Source of the DNA: an uncultured virus (IMG/VR IMGVR_UViG_3300002026_001292)
Taxonomy: Duplodnaviria; Heunggongvirae; Uroviricota; Caudoviricetes
Strand: one strand, 5' to 3'
Length of the DNA stretch: 56,353 nucleotides
IMG/VR virus record: IMGVR_UViG_3300002026_001292
The position numbers were made by a program, and so were the translations under genes. Position 1 is the first letter of the stretch. Each line of letters starts with the position of its first letter. The notes below the pieces were generated by a model that had not been told where the DNA came from, did not search any database, and saw nothing but the letters and a program-made list of their open reading frames with translations. Shown here piece after piece: positions 39,250 through 48,142 of the stretch.

Positions 39250-39299
39250 AGTTTATTACTATCCATGATTTAAGTTAACAAAAACGAAAAAGGAGAAAA

Positions 39300-39533
39300 A
39301 TGAAAGAAGTAACAAGGGCATCGAGAAGGTATCGCGTAAATAGTCGTCAGAAGAGCATTAGAAGCCATGGCGATAATGTTGTAATCCGTTATTCGAAGCC
39401 TACCAATAAGAATGATTTGAAGCGTTGGGGTAAGGAATTGCAGATTACAGGAGAAAACTTCAGTATCAAGTTGAATGGTCATGCGATTCGTTCGATTAAG
39501 GCTGTGCTTGAGAAGGCAGGAGAATTGGATTAA
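39300..39533 (+). CDS. Small basic hypothetical protein
   Basis: AAGGAG SD. Confidence 0.6.
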   Translation: MKEVTRASRRYRVNSRQKSIRSHGDNVVIRYSKPTNKNDLKRWGKELQITGENFSIKLNGHAIRSIKAVLEKAGELD

Positions 39534-39544
39534 GTTGTTTTTAT

Positions 39545-39648
39545 TGCGGGATGACGCCGACCACAACAAGAACCCGAAAGGGCTAGGCAAGGTCACGATA
39601 TGGTCACATGTGCCATATTGGATGGTTCGACCCCATCTCTCGCAACCA
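39545..39648 (+). ncRNA. tRNA-like RNA with enlarged D-arm region (apparent CAT anticodon)
   Basis: Acceptor tgcggga/tctcgca + A + CCA; T-arm gatgg-ttcgacc-ccatc; stem atggt-cacatgt-gccat; 48-nt region containing a cccgaaaggg hairpin. Confidence 0.75.
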
Positions 39649-39664
39649 TTTAAGAAAGTAAAAA

Positions 39665-39985
39665 ATGAAGATAACAGAAGAGATTTTAGAGGCGATTGGC
39701 TTTATTAAACTATGCAATTCGTCAAATCCAGAATATTATTATTTGCCAGTTAACTATTTCTTGCCTTCGAAGACATACAATAAAGATAAAGAAAGAATTA
39801 TTCTTGGCAAAGAGAGCCACGGCGGGAAACCGTTTTGGTCTTTGAGAGTAGATCGCGGAGATTGCGCCAGTTTTGTAAAGGAAATACAAACTCTTAATCA
39901 AATTGTTTGTGTAATAAGCGAATTTGCATTTGATTTGGGCGATAAGTCGAGAAAAATTAAATTTAAACAAGCATTGGAGGATTAA
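39665..39985 (+). CDS. Hypothetical protein
   Basis: MKITEEILEAIGF start typical of phage ORFans. Confidence 0.6.
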   Translation: MKITEEILEAIGFIKLCNSSNPEYYYLPVNYFLPSKTYNKDKERIILGKESHGGKPFWSLRVDRGDCASFVKEIQTLNQIVCVISEFAFDLGDKSRKIKFKQALED

Positions 39986-39986
39986 T

Positions 39987-40172
39987 ATGAAATTTGAAGT
40001 ATTTAAACAGCATTGTAAGTATTCAGGATTTTGTAATATAAGCTGTTCGCATCCATCGAGGGATCAGCCATTGCCTCCTTTATTTTCTTTGTGTAATGAA
40101 AAACAATGCCCTGTTTGTAAGAATGATGCCAACACTGAAGATAAATCTGAAGTTGATAACGAGGATTTATGA
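39987..40172 (+). CDS. Small Cys-rich hypothetical protein
   Basis: GGAGG SD before ATG 39987. Confidence 0.55.
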   Translation: MKFEVFKQHCKYSGFCNISCSHPSRDQPLPPLFSLCNEKQCPVCKNDANTEDKSEVDNEDL

Positions 40173-40427
40173 TTAAAAGAATCATATTATTTTTGAATCG
40201 TCCTGACATACTCCCCATGAATCAATTCGGGGGCACTCTCCTCACAATACGGTAGATTTATGGAAATCTTTTTCTCTAATTTCAAGTGGTGCAGGAAGGT
40301 TATTGGAGGTAGATGGGAAAGATGGCATATTGAATGCGTACACTCTGTGGAATGGATTAAATGGGATTCTAGAACGCAAGGAAGACCTGGTTCTGGATTT
40401 GGAACGCCTTCGGTTGAGGAATATTGA
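40169..40427 (+). pseudogene. Small ORF interrupted by a 52-bp insertion
   Basis: Deleting 40204-40255 joins MIKRIILFLNRP to FMEIFFSNFKWCRKVIGGRWERW... in frame. Confidence 0.55.
40204..40255 (-). mobile_element. Miniature IS200/605 right-end-like element
   Basis: Minus strand gcccccgaattgattcatggggagtatgtca; terminal gggagtatgtca(g) is identical to the tnpB end at 38956-38968. Confidence 0.7.
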
Positions 40428-40436
40428 AAGGTTTGT

Positions 40437-42425
40437 ATGACAGAACATAGTGTAATTAATATTTGTATAGCTCAGATTAAAGTTATTGCTGGTCAACCAA
40501 GAATCAACACCGAAAAAATTCTTAAAAAGATAGAAGAAGCAAAAACGGCTAAAGTTGATTTAATCATTTTCAGTGAGATGGTAGTATCTGGATATGTTAT
40601 CGGGGATATGTGGGAGCGTAATGATTTCTTAGAAGAATGTAAACGTTGTGGTGAGGAAATCATCTATGCTTCAAAAAATATTGCCGTAGCATTCGGGAAC
40701 ATTGATGTAGATGATGAAGAAACCAATGAGGACGGCAGAGTTCGCAAATATAATTCGTGTTTTATCGCTAGGGATGGGCATCTTGTTTCGGTAGTTTGTA
40801 AAACGCTTCAACCAAATTACCGTTTGTTTGACGACAATAGGCATTTTTATGACAAGCGTAAACTGATACATGATGGATTTAATTTTGCTAGAGACATTAC
40901 CGATGAAGATGTGATTAAATCTGACGCATATTATAATTATGTTGAAGAACGTTATAAGCCATCTGTTAGAATCAATGGAGTAAATATTGGGTTTTTGCTT
41001 TGCGAAGATTCTTGGGACACAGATTATTCTTTTCATCCTATTGACATATTAGCTCCTAAATGTGATATGATAGTTAATATTAGTTGCTCGCCTTTTACAA
41101 TGGGTAAAAACGATAAGAGAGATAGAGTATTTACAAATCATGCCATTAAGCACAAAAAGCCGATAATATATGTAAATAATGTTGGAATTCAAAATAACGG
41201 TAAAACTTTATACACATTTGACGGAAACAGTGGAATTTATGATCGTGGAGGACTATTTTCCAGTATCGCGGAATCTTTTGAAGAATGTTGTTGCAATAAA
41301 ATCATAACGACTAACTATCAGAAATCAGTTGTTCCATTAACCAAGAACCCAAGCGATATCGAAATGCTTTATAAATGTCTTAGATATGGCATTAAAGAGT
41401 TTATAGATCAAATAGGCGTTAAAAAGGTTGTAATAGGGGCATCTGGTGGAATTGATTCTGCGGTTGTAGCGGCATTATTCAGCTCAGTTATGCCTAATCC
41501 AAAGGAAGATTTATATCTTGTTAACATGCCAACAAAATTCAATTCTGAAAAGACAAGGATGCTAGCGGAACAATTGGCTCGTAATATTGGTTGTAAATAT
41601 TATGTAGTACCAATTGAAGACAGTGCAAATTCTACTAGGGAGCAATTACAGTCATTGGGTTTCGAAGTCAGTAATTTTTGTTTTGAGAATATTCAGGCTA
41701 GAGATCGTTCAGCAAGAGTTTTGTCCGCTATAGCTTCTTCTGTAGGTGGCGTTTTTACTTGTAATGCGAATAAATCTGAAATGACAGTCGGATATACAAC
41801 ATTATATGGAGACCTTGGTGGATTCTTTGCTCCATTAGCAGATGTATGGAAAACAGATGTCTATAAACTCGCTAATTATATCAATGAGATTAATGGGGAA
41901 TATGCAATTCCTTCGGGAAGTATAACTGTAAAACCTTCTGCTGAATTAAGTGAAAAACAAGATGTTACAAAGGGTCTTGGTGATCCATTAATTTATGAAT
42001 ATCATGATTTGTTATTCAAGAGTTGGGTGGAAAGATGGAGCAGGGCAACACCAGCCGATATATTGCAATGGCTTTCAGACAAGATATTAGAAGAGAAATT
42101 AGGCTGTGATTATGATATTGTAGCGAAACATTTCAAAGGTGAACTTTCTTTGTTTATAGAAGATATGGAAAAATGGTGGAATCTTTTTGACGGATTCGCT
42201 TTTGCTAAACGTATTCAGGCTCCTCCTGTATTGGCAACCAGTCGCCGAGCTTACGGTTTTGATCTTAGGGAATCTCAAACCGCCCCTTTTTATAGTAAGA
42301 GATATTTTGATTTAAAAAATGAATTGTTGTTGAAAACGTCTAAAGAAGAACGGGTTAAGACAATTTTAGACAAACTTCCTAAAGAAGATATAATTGCACT
42401 TAAAGATTATTGGAAAGTTGTTTAA
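40437..42425 (+). CDS. nadE: Glutamine-dependent NAD+ synthetase
   Basis: Nitrilase-like domain (SEM...GY, KTLQPNY..FDD.RHF, CEDSW) plus synthetase SGGIDSA, ENIQARDR, NKSE..VGY.TLYGD, PSAEL. Confidence 0.95.
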   Translation: MTEHSVINICIAQIKVIAGQPRINTEKILKKIEEAKTAKVDLIIFSEMVVSGYVIGDMWERNDFLEECKRCGEEIIYASKNIAVAFGNIDVDDEETNEDGRVRKYNSCFIARDGHLVSVVCKTLQPNYRLFDDNRHFYDKRKLIHDGFNFARDITDEDVIKSDAYYNYVEERYKPSVRINGVNIGFLLCEDSWDTDYSFHPIDILAPKCDMIVNISCSPFTMGKNDKRDRVFTNHAIKHKKPIIYVNNVGIQNNGKTLYTFDGNSGIYDRGGLFSSIAESFEECCCNKIITTNYQKSVVPLTKNPSDIEMLYKCLRYGIKEFIDQIGVKKVVIGASGGIDSAVVAALFSSVMPNPKEDLYLVNMPTKFNSEKTRMLAEQLARNIGCKYYVVPIEDSANSTREQLQSLGFEVSNFCFENIQARDRSARVLSAIASSVGGVFTCNANKSEMTVGYTTLYGDLGGFFAPLADVWKTDVYKLANYINEINGEYAIPSGSITVKPSAELSEKQDVTKGLGDPLIYEYHDLLFKSWVERWSRATPADILQWLSDKILEEKLGCDYDIVAKHFKGELSLFIEDMEKWWNLFDGFAFAKRIQAPPVLATSRRAYGFDLRESQTAPFYSKRYFDLKNELLLKTSKEERVKTILDKLPKEDIIALKDYWKVV

Positions 42426-42466
42426 TTCTTAAAGGAAAATTAAATTAGAATTTAGAATAAGTAGTT

Positions 42467-42880
42467 ATGAGTACTATAATCACAACTACAATAGATGGTT
42501 TTCCAGTAGAACTAGAAGTCTTTAATTCAACAATAGTTAAAGTCTTGAAGGTTGGTAACGAGGAAAAACCAGCGACAGAATCAGAGTTCAACGCAATTGT
42601 TGATAAGATAAACAATACTCCTACGGAGATGATTCAAAATCTTATAACAAGCCTGACTACTGTTCCAGAAGGTAAACAGTGGTGGGAATCAAGAATCGTA
42701 TGGGTTAATATAATTGCAATTGTTGGTGCGATAAGTGCCTATTTTGGTTTACCTATCCATATAGAGCCAGAACTTGCCATGACTGTTTATCCGTTGATTC
42801 TAGGTCTGATTAATGTTTATTTACGTAATAAAACAGATAAACCAATAATTCATCCAATAATTCATCGAAAAAAAACTTGA
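42467..42880 (+). CDS. Two-TM membrane protein, holin-like C-terminus
   Basis: KQWWESRIVWVNIIAIVG...LINVYLRNKTDKPI. Confidence 0.6.
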   Translation: MSTIITTTIDGFPVELEVFNSTIVKVLKVGNEEKPATESEFNAIVDKINNTPTEMIQNLITSLTTVPEGKQWWESRIVWVNIIAIVGAISAYFGLPIHIEPELAMTVYPLILGLINVYLRNKTDKPIIHPIIHRKKT

Positions 42881-42948
42881 AATTCATAATTCTTTTGGTA
42901 TAATAGAAACCTAAGGTTCAGGTTTAACTATAACAAAAGGAGTATGTC

Positions 42949-43173
42949 ATGAGTGATGCAGCAAAAGGTTGTGCAGGTTGTTTGTTGGTTTTATTTGCAT
43001 TAGTAGTAATTGTTTTCTATCCACTCGCTGTTATTTGGGCATTAAACGTAATATTCCCTGTTTTGGCACTGGCATACACATTTAAAATGTGGTTAGCTAT
43101 ATCAATTCTTAGCGGTATGGTCTCTGGATTTCTTGCTGGAATTATTACTGGCTTCGTTAAGGCATTTAGCTGA
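42949..43173 (+). CDS. Small membrane protein
   Basis: Almost entirely hydrophobic; AAGGAG SD. Confidence 0.65.
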   Translation: MSDAAKGCAGCLLVLFALVVIVFYPLAVIWALNVIFPVLALAYTFKMWLAISILSGMVSGFLAGIITGFVKAFS

Positions 43174-43203
43174 ATAATCATTGTCCAATAGAAAGGAAAT
43201 TCA

Positions 43204-44451
43204 ATGTTTAAAACAAATGTACTCAATGTTAATGGTGTCCGTGTCTTACATATCAAAAATTCAAGTCCAGTATCATTTGTTGGAATCGCTGTAAAAAATG
43301 GTTCTAACTATGAGAAGCCCAGTCAGGAAGGCTTGTCACATTTTTGCGAGCATATGTTCTTCAAAGGAACTACAAATAGAAACTATGAACAGATTAATCA
43401 GGAATTTGCACTAATAGGAGCAGATCCAAATGCATATACAAGCAATACCTTCGTAATGTATCATCTTACGTTACCTAAGAAAAATGTATCTAAGGCATTT
43501 AATTTGTTAAGTGACATGTTCTTTAATTCAACTTTCGAACAAAGCGAAATTGAAAAAGAAAAAACAGTCATTAATGAAGAAATAAATATGTATGATGACA
43601 ATCCTATGTGTTGGTTTAGCGATTATGTAGGCAGAACCGTATTCAACCGTTCTATTGGTCATCCTATTATCGGCACAAAAGAAGTTGTTAATGCAGTTAC
43701 TTCCAAAAAGATACAGGCTTATCTTAACGGTACAATCAATATTAAAAATTTCATGGTGGTAATTGTTGGCAATCATACCGAAAAAGAATTGGTGAAAATG
43801 ATTTCGCAGGATCTTCCTAAAACCCATGAATATCTTAAGGATGGTTTAGCTAATGCATATACTGGTTCAATGTGGAAAAGTAAATTAGATTTTTCGCAAC
43901 CCATTGGAGTTGAAAATGTAAATGCTTTGCAGAGTGCAGTTAATATAATTTATCCTTATTGTTCAGAGGGAAGTGATAACTATTTTGCCAGTAAGTTACT
44001 CATTAATGTAATTGGTGGCGGTATGTACTCTTATATGTTTAATGAGATACGAGAGAAGCTAGGACTTGCTTATGCAACGGGGGCTTATAGGTACGGCATG
44101 GAATATGGCAGAATTGATGCATTGGCGTTATATGCGTATTTGGATGCTAAAAACATTGATTTATTTTTTGATAGCATAGATAGGGTTTTGAATCACGTCG
44201 CTGTTGCTGGTATTGATAAAACAATTTTTGATTGTGCAAAGATTAGTCTTATATCAAATATTGCAAAGAATTCGGAAACATCTGAAGGATTATCAAGTAA
44301 TTACAAAGCGTTTTTCGAAAGTGATAACGATATGAATGATAAGTTGAAGCAGATTGAAAAAATCAAGATCGAAGATTGTAACGATTTACTAAACAATACT
44401 CTTGCTGAAAAGCGTATTCGAATTTATATGAAATCAACAAAGACTGCTTGA
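43204..44451 (+). CDS. M16 (pitrilysin/MPP-like) zinc peptidase
   Basis: GS..E....GLSHFCEHMFFKGT (inverted HxxEH), NAYTS, EKEK.VI.EEI.MY.D, IREKLGLAY. Confidence 0.92.
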   Translation: MFKTNVLNVNGVRVLHIKNSSPVSFVGIAVKNGSNYEKPSQEGLSHFCEHMFFKGTTNRNYEQINQEFALIGADPNAYTSNTFVMYHLTLPKKNVSKAFNLLSDMFFNSTFEQSEIEKEKTVINEEINMYDDNPMCWFSDYVGRTVFNRSIGHPIIGTKEVVNAVTSKKIQAYLNGTINIKNFMVVIVGNHTEKELVKMISQDLPKTHEYLKDGLANAYTGSMWKSKLDFSQPIGVENVNALQSAVNIIYPYCSEGSDNYFASKLLINVIGGGMYSYMFNEIREKLGLAYATGAYRYGMEYGRIDALALYAYLDAKNIDLFFDSIDRVLNHVAVAGIDKTIFDCAKISLISNIAKNSETSEGLSSNYKAFFESDNDMNDKLKQIEKIKIEDCNDLLNNTLAEKRIRIYMKSTKTA

Positions 44452-44489
44452 TTTTGTAATAGTTAACTGTAAAATACAAAGGAGAAAAA

Positions 44490-44852
44490 ATGACAGAACC
44501 AAAGCTTACATTATTGGACAATGACGAAGGAACAGAAGAAGTTACTCCAGAGACACGAGTAATTTATGAAGTAAAAAATTATACTGATGGTGAAGGTCGT
44601 ACAATTATAGGTAATTGTCCATTCAACTATTCATTACCCACTACTTATGTTGGTTCATTTATGGTTAATACGAATATGGGACCAGTTAGACTTAATATGG
44701 ATTTTCCTGAAGGTTATAGTATTGCAGAATGTTTTGACGCCTTTGATAATCTCGCTCAAGAAACCGTCAAAAAGCTTCAGGAAGAAGAAATGAACAAGAG
44801 TCGTATTGTAACTCCAAATCAAATGAGAAAACAAGGAAGTTTCCATGTCTGA
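44490..44852 (+). CDS. Hypothetical protein
   Basis: AAGGAG SD. Confidence 0.65.
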   Translation: MTEPKLTLLDNDEGTEEVTPETRVIYEVKNYTDGEGRTIIGNCPFNYSLPTTYVGSFMVNTNMGPVRLNMDFPEGYSIAECFDAFDNLAQETVKKLQEEEMNKSRIVTPNQMRKQGSFHV

Positions 44853-45025
44853 GAAAAACAAAAAAGCGTTAAAATAGAATCAACACATCTTCAACAAGCA
44901 ATGCTGGACTCCATATCGGATACTTTTTCTAAATTGGGATGCTCTACAATTCAATTCGGTGCAAAAGGCAAAACATTCATCGACACAAAAAAGAAACAGC
45001 TTAGAAAAAAGATTTAATTTCAAAA

Positions 45026-45089
45026 TACTCCTAAGATTAATGTCTGGTTAATCGTTTAAGCATTGAAGACTAATTCAATCTAAGGAGTA
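45026..45089 (+). promoter_or_regulatory. RBS-sequestering leader hairpin
   Basis: tactcctaagatt (45026-45038) pairs 12/13 with aatctaaggagta (45077-45089), which contains the SD. Confidence 0.55.
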
Positions 45090-45092
45090 AAA

Positions 45093-46706
45093 ATGACAAA
45101 TGAAACAAATCCCGTAGAGCAAGACATTAATGATTTCATTGAACCAGATTTAATGAAAATATTTGACGAATTGTCTTTTAAAGAAAAATGGGCACAAGTT
45201 AGAGAATGGTTAAAAGAGCCTAAAGATAGTGGGAAATATAAATGGGCAAAACTTCAAATGCTTCGTTTATTGTCTCCTGTTCTTTCGGTTGTTGTTCCTC
45301 TCGTAGCAATAGGTTTAATGGTTTTACTTTCCAATATCAAGCCAGAACAGAATCAATCGATTGTCGTTAATGTAATTGAGCCAACACCTATAGAAGAATT
45401 GGAAGAGATAATTGAAGAGCCTGTTCAAGAAATAATAGAAACTCCTATTATCACAGAAATTCAAACGGATGTAATGGCTGAATGTCCTTCACTTCCAACT
45501 GACACGATTTCTCCTCCTGCTGAAGTAGCTAGCGTACAACCAGCCCCATTTGATTCTGTGGCTATAATTAAAAGTCCCGTTATGATGAAGTCTATTATGG
45601 GAAGTCGAAATCCTGGTGCTCAAGGTGCGGCTATTGGAAAGTATGGCGGAAGTGATAAAACGCAATTAGCCGTTTTAAGAGCTTTGCGTTGGTTGGCTAA
45701 AAATCAGAATACAGACGGAACATGGGGAAAAGATAAACCAGCCATGACAGCGTTAGCAGTACTTGCCTATTTAGCTCATGGTGATACTCCCTCTAGTGAA
45801 GAGTTTGGTTCTGTTGTAGAAAGGGCATTAAGATATTTAATTGAAGCACAAGAACCTAGCGGAAGATTTAAGGGCAGAGACGGTCATGATTATACTCATC
45901 CAATCGTCACTTATGCCATATCGGAAGCTTATGGAATGACTAAGAATCCAACTCTAAAAGAAGTTGCTATTAATGCTTTAAAAGTTATTGTAAAGGGGCA
46001 AAATCAATCAGGCGGATTTAATTACGGTTTAGTTCCTAGTGAGCGAGACGATACATCTTATATGGCTTGGTGCGTTCAGGCTCTTAAAGCAGGTAAAATT
46101 GCTGAATTAGATTATGAGATTGAAGGTTATGGGAAATGTATGACCAATTCAATTAGAGGATTCAAAAAGAACTATGGAGAGAAAGACGGTTATGGTGGAT
46201 TTGGATATGTAGGTCCAAGTAGTAATCATGGACTATCTGGTGCTGGCGTGTTATGTTTGCAGTTTTTAGGACAAGGTAAGAGCAAAGAAGTAAGAAATGC
46301 TTTGCCTATGCTTCAAAAGAATTTCGCATTTAACTGGGAAACACCACCTTCTGGCTCAGTTGTTTATTATTGGTACTACATTACTCAAGCGTGTTTTCAA
46401 GAGGGCGGGGCTATATGGGATGATTGGAATAAGCAATTTTCTCCAGCATTGGTTAAAGTTCAAAAAGTCATAGATAAGACTCAAAGTGGTTACGTTGACA
46501 ATACAGGACAACCTCAAGACATAGGTTCTTGGATTTCTCCTGCTGCAAGTGAACATAATGGCGGGAACGGGGAGATGATGGATACAACGCTATGTGCTTT
46601 GCAATTAATGGTCTTTTACAGGTATCTTCCTAGTACTCAAAGAGTTGTTGATGATGAAATAAAACAAGAATTGAAGGACAACGATATAAAGATAGAAATA
46701 AATTAA
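45093..46706 (+). CDS. Membrane-anchored prenyltransferase/squalene-oxidase-repeat (alpha-alpha toroid) protein
   Basis: TM segment, acidic linker, ALRWL..QN.DG.W, T.LA.LAYLAHG, Q...GGF.Y, YYWYY.TQA.F..GG..W..WN, YRYLP. Confidence 0.85.
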   Translation: MTNETNPVEQDINDFIEPDLMKIFDELSFKEKWAQVREWLKEPKDSGKYKWAKLQMLRLLSPVLSVVVPLVAIGLMVLLSNIKPEQNQSIVVNVIEPTPIEELEEIIEEPVQEIIETPIITEIQTDVMAECPSLPTDTISPPAEVASVQPAPFDSVAIIKSPVMMKSIMGSRNPGAQGAAIGKYGGSDKTQLAVLRALRWLAKNQNTDGTWGKDKPAMTALAVLAYLAHGDTPSSEEFGSVVERALRYLIEAQEPSGRFKGRDGHDYTHPIVTYAISEAYGMTKNPTLKEVAINALKVIVKGQNQSGGFNYGLVPSERDDTSYMAWCVQALKAGKIAELDYEIEGYGKCMTNSIRGFKKNYGEKDGYGGFGYVGPSSNHGLSGAGVLCLQFLGQGKSKEVRNALPMLQKNFAFNWETPPSGSVVYYWYYITQACFQEGGAIWDDWNKQFSPALVKVQKVIDKTQSGYVDNTGQPQDIGSWISPAASEHNGGNGEMMDTTLCALQLMVFYRYLPSTQRVVDDEIKQELKDNDIKIEIN

Positions 46707-46768
46707 AATATTTATTGAAATCGCTTGACATTGAATATACAATATGTAACGATATAGTAACATTGAAA
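46705..46768 (+). repeat. Promoter-containing intergenic repeat, copy 1
   Basis: aaaatatttattgaaatcgcttgacattgaatatacaatatgtaacgatatag; contains TTGAAA-N17-TACAAT and TTGACA. Confidence 0.85.
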
Positions 46769-46777
46769 GGAATGAGC

Positions 46778-47461
46778 ATGAATACATACTCGAAACACGA
46801 AATATTACAAATGGCGAACAAATATAAAGAAGAACTGGAAGATCAAATAGAAATATATGATAAGTTCGTTGCAGAAAAAACAGCAGAAGCTAAATTTTAC
46901 AGAAATTCACTATTTTTGGGTATATTTTCTAACCCACAAATAATTGAACAAATAAATTGCAGGATCATTGTATCGGCTATCGCACAAATACAACGCGATT
47001 TTAAAAATACATTTAGGAGTTTGTCTTCAATAAGTTCAATCAAAAAATATATTGCTGAAAAAAGAAAAATAAAAACAGAAATCAAACAACTAAGAAGTAT
47101 AAACTTAAAATATGATGTGGTCAGAAAGAATCTAATAACAATGGAAAATCAAATAGCCTCTAACCTCGTTGATACCGTTATTGGATTGCCCCATTTAGCT
47201 AAATCAGAACTTCTTAATTATATCGCCATTAAGAAAATGTGGACAAAATTTGACATCCCATTATTGCCAAATTATAGTAGTTATATTTGTCCAACATTAT
47301 GCAAGGGGGAATTAACAGTACGGTTGGGAAATATTGGAAGAACAATTACCAAAATAAATATGATTCAAGAAGACTTTGTGGATTATGATTTTGACCCAAT
47401 ATTTGATATATTAATTGAAAAAAGAGAATACCACTTGACTATGATTCAGGGAAGAATATAA
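46778..47461 (+). CDS. Hypothetical protein
   Basis: ORF after repeat copy 1; start moved out of the repeat. Confidence 0.6.
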   Translation: MNTYSKHEILQMANKYKEELEDQIEIYDKFVAEKTAEAKFYRNSLFLGIFSNPQIIEQINCRIIVSAIAQIQRDFKNTFRSLSSISSIKKYIAEKRKIKTEIKQLRSINLKYDVVRKNLITMENQIASNLVDTVIGLPHLAKSELLNYIAIKKMWTKFDIPLLPNYSSYICPTLCKGELTVRLGNIGRTITKINMIQEDFVDYDFDPIFDILIEKREYHLTMIQGRI

Positions 47462-47466
47462 ATTAC

Positions 47467-47546
47467 ATTGAAAAATATTTATTGAAATCGCTTGACATTG
47501 AATTATGATTATGTAATGATATAGCAATATTGATTGAAAAACATTG
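47467..47546 (+). repeat. Promoter-containing intergenic repeat, copy 2
   Basis: attgaaaaatatttattgaaatcgcttgacattgaattatgattatgtaatgatatagcaatattgattgaaaaacattg. Confidence 0.9.
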
Positions 47547-47558
47547 GGAAGGAGAACT

Positions 47559-47822
47559 ATGAGCGGAGATACAACTATTGGTAAATTTGATGTAATAAGA
47601 TTAAAAGAAGCAATTGATATAATTCACAACAACAAAAAGTATCGTATTAAAAAACATAGTATTGGCGTAACACAATTTGAACCTTATGTCGGACATGGGG
47701 TTCTGTTTGAAGCCTTGCCAGAAAGAATTTTGGTTCCATTAGATGAGAATAACATGGAGTATGTTTTTGAAAATATAAGGACTACAATAAGGATACAACA
47801 TGTAAGAGACGATGTTGGTTAA
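47559..47822 (+). CDS. Hypothetical protein
   Basis: AAGGAG SD. Confidence 0.6.
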   Translation: MSGDTTIGKFDVIRLKEAIDIIHNNKKYRIKKHSIGVTQFEPYVGHGVLFEALPERILVPLDENNMEYVFENIRTTIRIQHVRDDVG

Positions 47823-48135
47823 TCTAAAAAATGAAACATTAGGAATAGTTATGAAAGAAAAACACGTATATGATTGTCCAAGGTGCGGCAAAGAAGTAGA
47901 TGCGATGAACCCTGAAAATCAATTGCCTAAAAAAATATGTTATCAATGCCCGAATTGCAGTGGGATTATAAAAAAATGTGAAGCGTTAAAACTAATGGAA
48001 AAGAAAGATGGTATAAAAAGATGGTCAATAATAAATAGTTTAAAAGATAAAACCGACCCATTTACTGGAAAGAAACTTTGCGAGAAGGATGCAGGAAATG
48101 GATGGACAGAATTAGTTCCATGTGATAGTCTTTAA
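47812..48135 (+). CDS. Zn-ribbon protein
   Basis: CPRCG...CPNC. Confidence 0.6.
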   Translation: MLVNLKNETLGIVMKEKHVYDCPRCGKEVDAMNPENQLPKKICYQCPNCSGIIKKCEALKLMEKKDGIKRWSIINSLKDKTDPFTGKKLCEKDAGNGWTELVPCDSL

Positions 48136-48142
48136 AATGCGA

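Noticed and set aside
39545..39648. Ordinary tRNA-Met/Ile(CAT)
   Set aside because: The D region is 48 nt and U33 is missing, so it is reported as a tRNA-like ncRNA instead.
39475..39708. 77-aa ORF over the tRNA-like RNA
   Set aside because: It overlaps two better-supported genes and the structured RNA, and has no SD.
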